Origin: Heptranchias perlo
Lineage: Eukaryota
Direction of reading: 5' to 3'
Length of the DNA stretch: 44,083 bases
Assembly (NCBI RefSeq): GCF_035084215.1
Contig: NC_090332.1
Location: 7,068,001-7,112,083 of the forward strand
Both the position numbers and the translations under genes were made by a program. Below, piece after piece: positions 1 through 12,919 of the stretch (position 1 is its first letter; every line of letters begins with the position of its first letter). The notes beneath the pieces were generated by a model, which had not been told where the DNA came from, made no database searches, and saw only the letters and a program-made list of their open reading frames with translations.

Positions 1-158
1 TGAGTGGATATAGTAAACTGGTGTGCTGTATGTAATGGGAGTGAGTGGGTATAATAAACTGTGGTACGCTATGTATAATGGAAGTGAGTGGGTATAATAA
101 ACTGGTACGCTATGTGTGATGGGAATGAGTGGGATAGTAAATTATGGTACGCTATGTG
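1..158. repeat. Minisatellite, 41-43 bp unit, about 4 copies visible, cut by the window edge
   Basis: tgagtgg..ata.taaact..ggtacgctatgt..atggga units starting at 1, 42, 85, 126. Confidence 0.85.
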
Positions 159-1552
159 TTTGTCCAGATTTGAGGCAAATGTTACCAGTCACACTGAGCC
201 CCAAATCCACTCCTGCTTTTGGGCTTCAGTTTTTGGTGTGGTATCCACCCTAGTTTGTATTGGGATTACTCTAACTTTCTCGGTGGAGGGAAAGGATCCA
301 TTGTAGGCCTCCATGGTAGATATTTAGGGTCCTCTAGGGTGGTCACCTCCCATATGCATTGCTAATTCTCATAAGGATATTCTGGTGTTCTTTCTTTGTC
401 TTTCGTTCATGTTATTAATACTTACTGATTTGCCTTGCTTTGTCTTCTGGCTTTTCAACCTTGGTGATACCTGCACATGTGGCCTTGGTCCTTCATCTTA
501 GTCTATTAATTTAAAAAAAGAATTCACTGTTTAACTTGGTTACTCTATTTAGTTCATCACTTTGTAGTAGAATTACAAAATGTGTAAGTGTTATAAGTCT
601 GGTTTTGAAGCAGTGCTGCGTGCCATCTGGAGCATAAATGAAGGCATTATACAGCAATTCCTGCTATAGTTTCTCTTTAAGGTATATTTACAGTCCTCCT
701 TGTTCGATCAAAATCTGCAGCAAATGATTAGGAGGTTATCCAGCTCCAAATTTGTAGACATTGACTTCTTGCTGGCATACAGTTCTCTGGGTGGCAGATG
801 TCCTCTGTTCTTTGTTCAAGTGGCTATTATTCGTGTGTGAACCTAGACAGTAAAGTGTCAGCAGGCCATTCAAGTGAGCGAGTGGAGGCATCATAGCCGA
901 GCACTTCTGGTCCTCACCCGACATCTGCACACAGGCATTTCTAACAGGCATCGCTGGATCAGGAGTCTGCTATTTTCTTTTCCCTGTATTCCCTAACCTG
1001 GGGGAACTGGAGCCTGTCTGATCAGCTACCCAGCACAGACCAGGGAGTGAATTTTGTTCTTCTTTGAAGTGAATCTGCATGGTGGCTATATGGCAAGAAA
1101 AAATATCCCAGTGGTTAATCTAGATTTCAGTGTGTAAAACCATAGCTATCAATTTTATAATGTACAAATGATTGCAATAAAATTTCTGTCAGAATAGAAC
1201 AGAATTTTCCACTTCTATATTTCTGTTGGTGGACCTGTTTTTTTTTGCTTTGTGTAAAATTGAACAGCTCAAAATTCCCCTGGTGAGCTATTGTGTAAAA
1301 CAAATTTTACCAGGTGTAGCACCAAGCCATACAGACCAAAAAGGATCTAGGTTTGAGTTATGGTCTGTGCTGCAGTAGCTCATCTCATCTCAGTTAGGCA
1401 GCAGTTAGAATGCTACAGGAGACCTCTGTATACATGGACTAGAGAGGAAAAGAAAGACCAGCCAGAATTCTTACACCTGATTGTTTTCCAGTGACCCCTG
1501 CGGAACTTGGGCCTGGTTGTGATAGCCTTCAGATTTAATAGCCTGACAATGA

Positions 1553-1936
<384 letters not shown>

Positions 1937-3544
1937 TGAAAGTATTTAGTGCAGTTTTTTAAAAATCCCGTTACCTTAGATGTTTTAGCTCAAGTCCCAT
2001 GGCAGAGCTGGAACAGATAACCTAAATTGACATTCCAGTGTAGTTACTGAGAGAGCGCTGAATTGTCAGAGGTACTATTTTTCAGTTGAGAGTCTGAGGC
2101 CCTGTCTGCCTGTTCTGCTGATTCAGGGTGGACCCATTATTTAAGCTGAAGCATGAAGTTCTCCTAGTGTGCTGTCCAATGTTTCTTCCTCAACTAGCAT
2201 CAACAAAAAAAATAAAGGCTAACTGGTTACTGGTAACTGGCTAACCTCATGTCATATATTATATATGTGAAGCTATAACCCATATTTAAGCCCAGAAAAT
2301 CCACAGACCCACAATTATACTTTACTAAAACCCCGGTGAGAACATTTGCTTTCAGTTGCAGTGTGTTTTCCATGATACAGAAGATTGGAGCAATTTGTCT
2401 GGATGCACTAATTACTTTTTGATCATTTAAAAGTAGGAACAAATTTATATCTGGTTATGACGTATAATCTGCAAACTGCTGCTAAGACATAACCTGTAAA
2501 TGTTAAAAGGGCGCCCTCCACATCACAATGGTTGGCATAACATCTTGAAGGCCCATATCCTAAAAATACTGATGCCTTGGGTCCAGCCCATCTCAATTTG
2601 AGGGCTACGTCGGACGGCTCCCGATTCAAAATAAACTATCTTCACAGTAGTTATAAAATTCACATCCTCTCTTGTTTGTCGTCTGTGTAAGCTCAGGTTG
2701 TGACTTGGCGACAGGGACAAGAGAGGATTCAGAGTAAAGTCACGCCCGTGATTAAGTGCCATTAGGGAAATGTGGCAGTATTCTATAGCTGAAATGTCCC
2801 ACAATCACTTTACTGCAAAGTAATTCAATGTGTAATATGCTTTAAGACAATTTGATTTGACATAGTGCAGTATAAATGACATATTTTCTGCTGTCCATAC
2901 TGTATCGTTGTCACTCAGTCATTGCTGATGTCTAAAATGCCTGTCATCCACATACGATATGAACTTGTATGAAATTTACTCCAAATTCTCTTGTATAAGT
3001 CTCCAGTGTAGATTTAATTTAATGAACTCAGCACATGGAAATTGACTGATTCTAGCTTCATACGGTTTGAAATGTTGTAAAAACTAATGTCACTGTGATT
3101 TAAAGAACAATTGTGGATGGGTGAAGTCTTCACGCTGTGTTCTCCTGAACTGTGTAATGCATTTCCCAGTAGATTTAGGATATAGATTAGTGATGTTAAC
3201 TCATTAACGCCGCCAATTGCAGACCTGTAACCACTGGTAATTACTTCACCCTTATTTTAGTTATTTTGTATATCCAAATGTGGCTTGTGTCTGGAGAGAG
3301 CATTTTGAGCTGTATAACACTAGGGCGAAGTACTGGTGATTACAGGTCTTGTCATTGGTGGGACAAATTTGAAGCAATTAATTAGGAGTATCGTACAAGA
3401 AGTTTGTTGGCACAACATTGAAACATACTGGCCTAGATGTGATTTTTCTAGTAGTTCATTGGGCTTATTTAACATACCGATATCAATGATACAACTGAAG
3501 CATGTAATGTTGCAAACATTTGGTCATTGTCACATTTGTGTTTA

Positions 3545-3990
3545 TTGGCTCCCGGTCCCCCAGTGCCTCAAACTTAAAATTTTCATCCTCATGTTTAAAT
3601 CCCTTCATGGTCTCTCCTCTATCTCTGGAACCTCCTCAAGCTCTCGCTCCCGAAATCTTTGCTTCTCTAACTCTGACCTCCTTGTACACCCCACCCACCC
3701 ACCCACCACCCCTCCTCCCACCCTTTCACCCCACGTTGGCGACCATGCCTTCAGCTGCCTATGCCTTACACTCTGAAATTCCTTTCCAAAATATCCCTGC
3801 TTCTCCACCACCATCTCCTCCTTTTAAGACCCTCCCTAAAACCTACCTCTGACCAAGCTGATGATTGCTCTTCCTAATATCTCCTCCTTTGACTCTGTGT
3901 CCATTATTTTTTTTATTATTATGCCTCTGTGAAGTGCCTTGAGATGTCGATTGTAAGTTAAAGGCATTACATAAATGCAAGTTGCTGTTG
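3545..3990 (+). mobile_element. L2-clade LINE 3' end
   Basis: WLPVPQCLKLKIFILMFKSLHGL..GDHAFSC..FKTLPKTYL, ending aaggcattacataaatgcaagttgctgttg. Confidence 0.8.
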
Positions 3991-4046
3991 CGACCAATCC
4001 AGTATTTGCAGTTTTCTCTTTAGCTTTGTCCTGTTGTGGTTCCTAG

Positions 4047-4287
4047 GAGTTACGATCACGAGAGGAGGAGTTGACAAGGGCGGAGTTGCAGCAGAAGTCC
4101 CACGAGGAGCTGCTGAAGCGACGGGAGCAGCAGTTGGCGGAGCGGGAGATTGATGTGCTGGAACGCGAGCTGAACATTCTCATCTTCCAGCTGAACCAAG
4201 AGAAACCAAAAGTGAAGAAAAGAAAAGGCAAGTTCAGGAAAAACCGGCTAAAGCTAAAAGATGGAAACCGAATCAGTTTGCCCTCAG
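4047..4287 (+). CDS. MAP3K21: MAP3K21 exon: leucine zipper, basic region and start of CRIB motif
   Basis: tcctag| acceptor, |gtatgg donor; [80 protein letters not shown]; 241 nt, phase 0 to 1. Confidence 0.95.
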
Positions 4288-4744
4288 GTATGGACTTAGA
4301 AACTAAGGTGTCTGTGTGTGCACAGGGGGAATACTCATGTCAAGCTAAACAGGAATTTCAGTCTGATGCAAATGTGTATTAAGAAATGTGTTTCTTAAGG
4401 GGATAAATCAGCCAGTGTGTTGGATCCTGATTGCTATCCAGTGACCCCTGCTGGAAAGTGCACATGTTTTAATGAACGGTGAGGATAGGATGGGTTTGAC
4501 TGATACCTCAGCAGTCATAGCCTGCCGACACTCTCTGAACTTCTACATGTCCAGAGATACCAGAGGTTTACCAGTGCCCGTGGAACTGTATGCCAGCAAG
4601 GAGTCACCTTCAGGAGAAAAGGCATGAAAAGTCGCCACAAACAAGCTAAAATTTCAGTGCAGGGGTGCTTTAATACATATAATGCAACAGAACAGGAACA
4701 GGCCATCAACACTTTGCCAATAATTTCTCCATATGAGCCACCTA

Positions 4745-5740
4745 GCCTAATGCCACCCAAGGCCTTTTAATATTCTTCTTTTTCAAACAGCTATCTAATT
4801 CCTGTTCAAAAGAATTGCTGACCTTTGCTTCAGCAATGGTTTTGGCAGAGGATTCTTTGTGTAGAGAAACTTTCTAATATCCCCTTTAATTCTTTATGCT
4901 TATTTTCAAACTTTTGCCCACATGTTACCATCTCACTAACAGGTGGAAACAATCTATCACCATCTACCTTATCATCGTCTTTCATGGTCTTGAAGACCCC
5001 GATCAGTTCATCCCTTAGACTTCAAAGCTCTAGTGGGGGGAGAAAAACCCTAACTTTTCAAGTGTCTCCTCATTAATGTGACCCCTCATTCCCTGTAACA
5101 TCTAGTGAGCCAATGTTGCACCGTCTACGTTATTTTATGCCCTTTCTATAACAGTGTGACCATAACACACAATGCTCCATCTACTGCATAATTAAGATGT
5201 TGAACATGCGCCTCCTTGCTATTGTATTCTGTTTCTCGAGGTATAGAACCAAGGATTCCATTTGCCTATTATTGGCCTTATCTACTTGTGCTGCCACCAT
5301 TAATGACCTCTGTATTTGCACATCAACATCCCTCTACTCCATTTAAAATCTTAAAGATGTATTCCCTTTCCCTATACTTCAAAATGTATTATTTCACATT
5401 TTTCTACATTAAACTGCATCTGCTACTTCTCTGCACATTGTGCTAGCCTATTAATGCCCTCCTGTATCCTGTCGCAATCCTGGTCACAGTTTGCCATTAT
5501 ACCAATTTGGTGCCATTTCGCTATTTCTCCCTCAGTTCCTAAGTTCAAATAGTTTATATGTACAGTAAATAAGAATGGCCGCTAAATAAACCCCAGTGGA
5601 GGATTACTTGTATCTTTCCAGTCCCTTTAGCCTTCCCTTTGCTTTTAGTCCTCCAGCCATCTATGCTGGTGGCCACATTCTCTGACATTTTCCTCACCAT
5701 AAGTCTCTTATTTAAGTATCTTATCAAATACTTTTTCATA
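4745..5740 (-). mobile_element. Old, highly degenerate CR1-like LINE fragments
   Basis: Antisense remnants of the CR1 late ORF2 region (ggaaacaatcta..tctaccttatca..tttcatggtcttgaagacc). Confidence 0.5.
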
Positions 5741-5952
5741 ACTCATTAACCACATCCACTGCATTTCCTTATCTATCCTCTTTTATTTCTTTGAAGAATT
5801 TTAGAAGGTTGGTCAAGCATGACCTGATATCAGCTCATGTTTCTCCAAGCCCTTAGTGATTTCATCTTTGTAATATTGTGAGTCGGGCTTGTAACTGTGA
5901 TGGAACATGTTCTGTGCGTACTGTGACATTTTAAATTATTTTAAATTGATAG

Positions 5953-6075
5953 ATTTTCAGCACAAGATCACAGTTCAAGCATCTCCAACTCTCGACAAGC
6001 GGAAAAGCTTGAATGGCAGCAGTTATAGTCCGCCAAGCAGCCCTACCATCATCCCTCGACTCAGGGCTATACAGC
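5953..6075 (+). CDS. MAP3K21: MAP3K21 exon: remainder of CRIB motif and Ser/Pro-rich segment
   Basis: gatag| acceptor, |gtaagc donor; (D)[40 protein letters not shown]; 123 nt, phase 1 to 1. Confidence 0.95.
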
Positions 6076-7860
6076 GTAAGCGGAATTTAGTTTCTGTTGT
6101 TCAATCCTGTGCTTTGCAACTGCTTTGTAGTGCTTGGCAAATAGAGAAGCGATTGGAATGTGATTCTTTATTTTTTCAGTTATCCTCCACATAGAATTTT
6201 CCTGTATTTATGGGGCAGGGAAAAAAATGACCAAAGGTTGAGGGAATTTATATCTTTGCAGTACATTTTGTCCAGGCATTCTTTGAGTTTCTTATTCTGG
6301 ACCAAAATCTTGCTTTTCATTTCTCGTGACAATCTTGTTTATTCCAAGACGACCTAGGCAAAAGGTTTTATCTTTTTGCTGTCTCCCCCGCCATCCCCCT
6401 AAAATAATGTTGTTAACTAAATTACAATTTTAGTGATGATCTCCAAATTTTTAAACGGTCAGTATAATTCTGTTGACTTTGGTTTTAAAAGTTACCAACC
6501 CCATCTTTTAGCCTGCTTTACTTTGGCCACAAGGCCTACCTTGACTGAGCAAGTTCTGATTAGCCTCTGGTTGATATCTCCTTTTTGGCTTTCTTTTGAT
6601 GTCAGCTTCTGGCTTTGGGATCTACATCATGGTTAAACCTTCCTCATAGCTGATACTATTCATAGGCTATTTCTGCCCTCATCTCACTTTCAGCAGTGTG
6701 TGGTCTTGTCAAAAAGGCTCATATGCTAGTCTGATTCACTGGAAAGGTATCCCCAATTCAGTTCTCCCCAATGCAAAGAGGCCTTCAACTCTGCTTCTTC
6801 CAGGAAGTAAATCCACAGCTCCAGGCCAGATAAAGGAACTGAGTTTAGATAGGGAGCACTGTTAGAAAAATGCACCAAGCAATCGGCATTCTCTGCAATT
6901 CATATGGCCAGGGAGATGGCATCCTGGTTTGGGTCTTGTACGTCCCCTTCCAGCATTAGTCACACACATGATCAGTCTCTTAGTTCTGGAGCTGGTCCAG
7001 TACCAGGAACCGAATGTACTGATACACAGGAACTGAGAGGTCAGAAATTTTTGAAGCTGATGGTCGAATGGGTAAAGGCACCACCCAATGCAGAGACATA
7101 GAGATCAGGGGTTTCTGTTTATATCTGTGTTGATTTAGTTGATCTCAGCCTGGTGGGGTGCTACAATTACCCTCTGCACCCAAACTAGGGCGGGAGGGGA
7201 TATCACGCAGGGTTCTAATGGCACTGACTCCTACTGGAACGTGTATATGGGAGGGTGGGAATCGGGCTAGGCTTTCATAACTGAATACCCACACTGGGAT
7301 TTATCATCTAGGCACATTGAGCTTAGAAGAAGTACCAGAGAGCTGCTGGTGCCTGTGGGACTGTACACCAGAGTCTAAGCCTTCAGAGAAAGGGACAAAA
7401 TTGGCAACAAAAAGTGTCACAAAGTAACCTGACTGCGGTATTGTTTTTATTAAAAGTGGTTATCATAAATTGCGTTCTCAATATCTTAAATTCTGCGCAC
7501 AAATAATAGAGGTTCAAAAACAATTATACTTAACTAAAACACGCAGCTTTTTTCCCTGCCCCCCTCCCCAATTTTGTTTATTTTCTTCAGTGAGCTCCAA
7601 AACTGATACTGCCAATTCCAGCGGCCATCGGAACAGCATATATGTATACCAACAGGATGTGGATATCGCAAGTGAATGTGCAAGGAAATCCCTCAGTAGG
7701 GCTAAGACAAAAGGCAAGATTTTTGTGTTAAATTGTCAGCAGGCAATAAGTCATCTTCGTACTCCATAATGCACTGTTAAGTGGTGTCCCTAAAGCAATC
7801 AAACCAATTCCTTTAGTTCCATAATGTTTTTGGTGTGCTTGTATGTGTACGATCACTTTA

Positions 7861-7996
7861 GAGATTAGTGTAAAACGGGTGATAGTGTGAATCGGCTGCC
7901 CGTTTAACATCTCTCCGATTGGCGTTAATGGAAATAAAAATCAGGAGTGATGTAAAACGGGCAGCCGATTTGCTATCACCTGTTATACACTATCTC
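7861..7996. mobile_element. Palindromic MITE-like element
   Basis: Imperfect ~60-bp inverted arms (gagattagtgtaaaacgggtgatag..aatcggctgcccgttt / aaacgggcagccgatt..ctatcacctgttatacactatctc). Confidence 0.65.
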
Positions 7997-9084
7997 ACGG
8001 TCAAAATTACACACCCCCCCCCACCCCAATCTTCATGCGTTCTGTCATCTTGTAATGAGCTAACTGACTTTCAGTGGTGTATGCTAAATTCTCAGTTTAA
8101 ACGAACGCCTCAGACAAGGTGCTAGATGACACTGCCTTAATTTCCTTCCCCCAACCCCAGTCCTTGGGACGAAGTAGCAAAGGATGTCAGGCCAGTCTGC
8201 CCTGCAGTAGCCGACTATCTAATGGTAAGTTAAGTTGGTGTCGATAGCTGTCGAACATAAGGCCTGGACCAAAATGTGCTCCCAACACTGGATTCAGACG
8301 TAGGTAGAAATTATCCATGCAGGGAGGAAAAGTGGGAGAAAAAAAGTTATCACTATTATTGGCTAACATTTTATTTTAAATTCCTCTACAGTGCTCCCTC
8401 AAATACTTCACATGGTCTGATTATTTTAAATTCTGTGTGCCTTCCTTAATATATGCAGATTATAGGCAGTCTTTTTTACAATCCCCCTTGAAGAGCGATG
8501 AAAGTTCGGAATGATCTACCAAGCAAGGTAATAGAGATAAAAACATTGGGGTTATTCAAAGTACAATTAGATACCATGCTGAAAGTTAATACAAGAAGAA
8601 TGGGTTGAATAAACTGACCTTTCTTCATCCTTGACTTCACATCTTTTGAAGTGAATGCTTTCATATTTTGACAGCCTGACTCTAGGCAATCACCACTGAA
8701 CAGTGCATTTGAGATTAAATCTGCCTGTTGTCAGACGTCTGTCAATTGACAAACTGATCCATCTTTTCCTCTCTTCAGCGGGTTCTGCTATTGTTGCCCC
8801 ATCGGCTTGCTGCTGGAATTTGGTTGTGGTTCTCTTCGGCTGTCAGGTCTATTTAGCAAAAACCGAAACGAAATGTTTTAACTTCTGTGATCTTCTCTGC
8901 TGGGATTTCGTGGCCTTAATGATGCACTGTCGTGTTCTGTGTCGCCTGGCTGTCTCTGCCTTTTTATGCTTTTTATTTGGTTTAAAATCCAGCTGACACT
9001 TTCTGTAACCCTGCAGGGATAAATCCATGTTCTTAAGACTCTTAGATTACCCGTAACAAAGTGTTCTGACTCTGTTTTGTACAG

Positions 9085-9238
9085 TTACCCTTGATGAGAG
9101 TAATAGAACCTGGGGTAAAAGCACAGTCTACCGACATGAAGATTATGATGAAGATGTGCAGAAAGCATGCAAGAAGAAAGGGCGGACTTGGGGTCCTAGT
9201 TCTATGCAAACCAAGGAGCGAGCCAGTTGTGAGGAAAG
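9085..9238 (+). CDS. MAP3K21: MAP3K21 exon (correct frame is not in the ORF track)
   Basis: tttgtacag| acceptor, |gtgagt donor; (L)TLDESNRTWGKSTVYRHEDYDEDVQKACKKKGRTWGPSSMQTKERASCEE(R), with the MLK TWG..TWGP motifs; 154 nt, phase 1 to 2. Confidence 0.93.
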
Positions 9239-10099
9239 GTGAGTACTGGAAGATGGGCCTTGTTCCCCCACTCACTCGTGTTGTGGTCGGGTACAATTCT
9301 GGGGGGGCACTGACAGCTCTCCAGTACGTACCCAAGTGGCCGTTCTTCATTTGTGAGGCTAAATTGTTACGTGTTGGCAGAATGCTCGACTGTGGAGGAT
9401 GTCACAGTTGCGCCTGAACCCATACTCACCCGATGTTCACCTATGTGCGCTTTTCAGCAGAGATCATAGAAGAGTGATCGGGAAATGGGAGCCCGTGCTG
9501 ATTCAATCCTCCCCCCACCGCCGCCCCCACCTCCCTCTGCTGAGGTCACCCAAATTGCAACTTCAGCTCACTCAGCACAGGCTGGGAATCAACCGTGCGC
9601 CATTCCTGTTCCATATTAATTAGTGCTGCACCAGCTGTTGCCTTTATCTATTCGGGTAATAGATATGCACGTATATTTGTAAAAAATTGCAGGGTTTAAC
9701 ATTTTTTAGATAAACTGATTTAGTGAGGGAGTCTATCTTTTGTTTTATAATCCCTGGATCATTATACACAAGCATTTTGGAGAAAAATACATAAAATGGC
9801 CATACAACTTTTAAGCATTCATTCTAGACACAGGCTGGTTGTTCCTGCAAGGATTAGGTTGTTCAGCTGTTTCGGAAAAATGTTTGGGTAAATAAATTTT
9901 TCAGTCCGAATCAACGGAAGTTGTTTGTTTTTCAGTATCTGGGGAATATGCAGCTAAATGTTTTACAGCTGCTGGTACAGTGGAAAGTTGAGCTTTTTGT
10001 ACTTGGTAACTCTGGTCAGAGAAGGCTGAAGTAACAATTGAATGTCTTCAGGGTCCCAGTGCCTGCCTGTTTCAATAGAATTTTAATGGCTGAAGATTT

Positions 10100-10470
10100 C
10101 TGTGGTGGCTCAGCTGATTAAAGAGTGATGTAGCTGAGCCATAGAGACCAGGAAAACCCCAAGTTGGATCTCCGGTTTGTTGCGTTGGCTGATGATAAGT
10201 GGAGTGGTGATAATAGGAGCACTATAATGGGCCTCAGCACACCTGGGCTAAAGAAGAGAAATTAGGCAAGCTTCTCACTCCAAATCTGGCTGGCAATCTG
10301 TGTTTGGCATCAGCCGAGGATAGGATGAGGCACAGCTGTGATGCTCCCAACATTCAGACCACCTGCAAACAGTCGCTGTCTGGCTCACGTGAGAATGACC
10401 ACTTGAGGTAAAGTGTACCAGAGGGTGTCTGTGGAACACCTTCAGGACATAAGGATGGGGAAAGAGACAA
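10100..10470 (+). mobile_element. Second, older SINE-like family (~380 bp), representative copy
   Basis: Shared motifs gctgagccat..agaccagg, gctgatctcagc, ggcctcagc..cctgggctag, ggctcac..gaatg.ccactt, gccttcagga; many diverged copies across the window in both orientations; family not named. Confidence 0.6.
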
Positions 10471-10882
10471 TTAGCAGGCGAAGGAGGAATTTTTAAGAAA
10501 AATTGTAGTGGTAGCCATAATGGGTTATCATTGTCCTGTTGTGCGGTGAAACTGTATGTAACTAACTGGAGTGAAGCAGTGTTACTGGGCTGTGGACCTG
10601 CATCTAACTCGCTCTGAAGCGAACCAGGGTTCCTAGACTCTGAACCTGCACACAACTCACTCTGAAGCGAGCCAGTGCTGCTGGGTGGTGATTGTGCACC
10701 TGTTGAAGAAAGCACAGTTTTACTTTTTGATGGCTCTGTTTTCTCAGAAGACGCTGTGTGAATGGCTGTGTTAACAGGTCCTCTTCTCTTTCACTGTACA
10801 TGTTGGATGACTAGGGGGGATAAAAAACTAGCACACAATGAGAAGTAAGATGATGCAAAATGGTTTTTGTTTTAAATTTTAG

Positions 10883-10983
10883 GACCAGGCCTTTGTCAGA
10901 TGGAAACAATCCATGGTCTACAAGTTTATTGAAGACTCCAACTTTACCTCTAACCTCAGTTTTTGCAAATGTTGAAGACCAGG
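10883..10983 (+). CDS. MAP3K21: MAP3K21 exon (not in the ORF track)
   Basis: attttag| acceptor, |gtatga donor; (R)TRPLSDGNNPWSTSLLKTPTLPLTSVFANVEDQ, matching MLK4 RPLSDGNSPWST; 101 nt, phase 2 to 1. Confidence 0.92.
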
Positions 10984-12919
10984 GTATGAATTTTTGCTTA
11001 CATTTTTAACAAATGCCTTTTATTCCACGTCTGTTGAAGTTCCATGTGCAGTTTAATCATCCACTGGTCTAGGAAAGGAAATTTATGATTCATTGATGTG
11101 ACAGCGGATGATTTTTTTTGTGTGCGTGAAAACCAATCTAGGGGAGTGCCAGAGTTACAGACCAGTTTTGATTGATAGTCTGTGATGAGTTAGTTGATTT
11201 CAGTTGGGGGATGAACAGTTAACGCTGGTGGCCCGGGCTAGGAAAGGGTAAATCATACAGGCTTACTGCTGATGATCGTATGGTTATCTGAAGGCAGGGA
11301 CCCTCTGGTATCTCACCCAAGTGGCCATTACTCATATCTAAACCATGATCGTGAGATCCAGCAGGTTATTTAACCACAGGGAGGGGCAAATCGCAACCAA
11401 AGCCCATTCATTTCCTTACCTGACATCTACATGTCCATACTCTAATCGCCTTAGCCCAGGGACACTGAAACCAATTGTAGTGCTTCTACAACAGCCTTGG
11501 TTGAGATCAACTAACAGCACAGACTTGAGATTGAACCTAGGGCTTTGTATGGTTTGTATGGCTGGATAAACCCTCTATGCCACGAGGGGAAGCAGGATGG
11601 AAGGTTTTTTTAAAATGTGCCCATACTATAGTAGATGTTTTGAACTGAGGAAAGGAGTGTTTCTTTTTCACGGTATTTAGTATTCCCTGAGAGGTTGCGC
11701 AGATTTAGTTCCGTTGTTGACCTGAAATTTGGGCGTGTGTTCCAGATGATCACCCTGTTCATTATTACGGCAGCGTTGTGTCCTGAGACCTGGATCCGGC
11801 CATTGATCCCAAAGATATAAATATAAATGCAAGCTCTTTTCTTTTTAAGGGTATTTACCTTCACCAAATAGTTTAGCTTTCAAGTGATCTCACATTCAGA
11901 GATCTAGTGCCCCTGATGGCCTGATATATAAAGCCATTGTCCGGTGTGGGACTGATCGGAAATTCCAAGGTTAGATCCCTGGGCAGTACAGATTTGGATC
12001 AGTCGGGACCTCGACACCCCGGCAATCGGTCAGGGTTCCTACTTCTAATCACTGTCCAGTGTTAAGTGTGCGCATGGCCGGTGAGGACCTGAATCAGCTT
12101 GGCTGTGATCCCTTCCACAGTCAGTCTGTTAGCGCTCAATATCTAGGCTGACACATGGAGACTGACTACTTGGGTAGGGAACAGGAGCATTCCCGGCACC
12201 TATGGAGTTGGTGCCTTCAGAAAAAGAGGGAGGGAATAAAGACACCACCTTAGATGAAAAAATAAAATTCAGTGGTTTAGACTTAGTAACTGGAAAGAAA
12301 TCGCAAATGGCTTTTCATATTATGAAATACATAGTACATGGAGTGGGAGTGACTAAGCTCAAGGAATAAAAACGAATGAACTTGTGGAACAGAGTGGCAT
12401 CTAGTGCAGAGAGTACAGGCTTATTGAAGTGCTTGATAGGGAATTGGAGCAGTTACCTACTTTTTGCGCAGGAATAGGGTGTCCAGGAAATGAAAAATGG
12501 TCAGATCAGGTCTATAAATTATCTTTAGAAGAATAAATTGGAAAGTTACTCAAAAAAGAGGACTATTAAAAGGTACGGGCGGCGAGCAGGAGAGTGGGAT
12601 TTAGACAAGGTGGGTCACGGAGAGAAACACCAGCATGAAATTGATAGGATAAACAGCCCATTTCTGTTCAGCAACATTCTATGATTCTAGAAGGATGAAT
12701 TTCCTTGGGATTCTTCCTCTTTGCTGCTGTGAGTTTGGCGTAAACCCCACTTATGCCTATTAATAGGGTTTCCACTGAAGCTACGGCTGTGGGTGGGAGA
12801 AAGCCCGAGGAAATCCCTCCCCCCCCCCTCTTTTTGTGAACAACTACCTGTTAACTTAATTATCGTCGTTTAACAGGTGCTGGTTGAGTTACTGAACTGT
12901 CCGATTGTCTTATCCACAG

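Noticed and set aside
1-158. CRISPR-like spacing of repeats
   Set aside because: Whole units are repeated with no unique spacers; eukaryotic minisatellite
9091-9417. 108-aa + ORF over the 154-nt exon
   Set aside because: Wrong frame, and it runs into an antisense SINE
12870-12919. Alternative upstream acceptor ttaacag|gtg at 12876
   Set aside because: Would add 43 nt and frameshift relative to the phase-1 donor; the ORF-track start at 12877 is intronic
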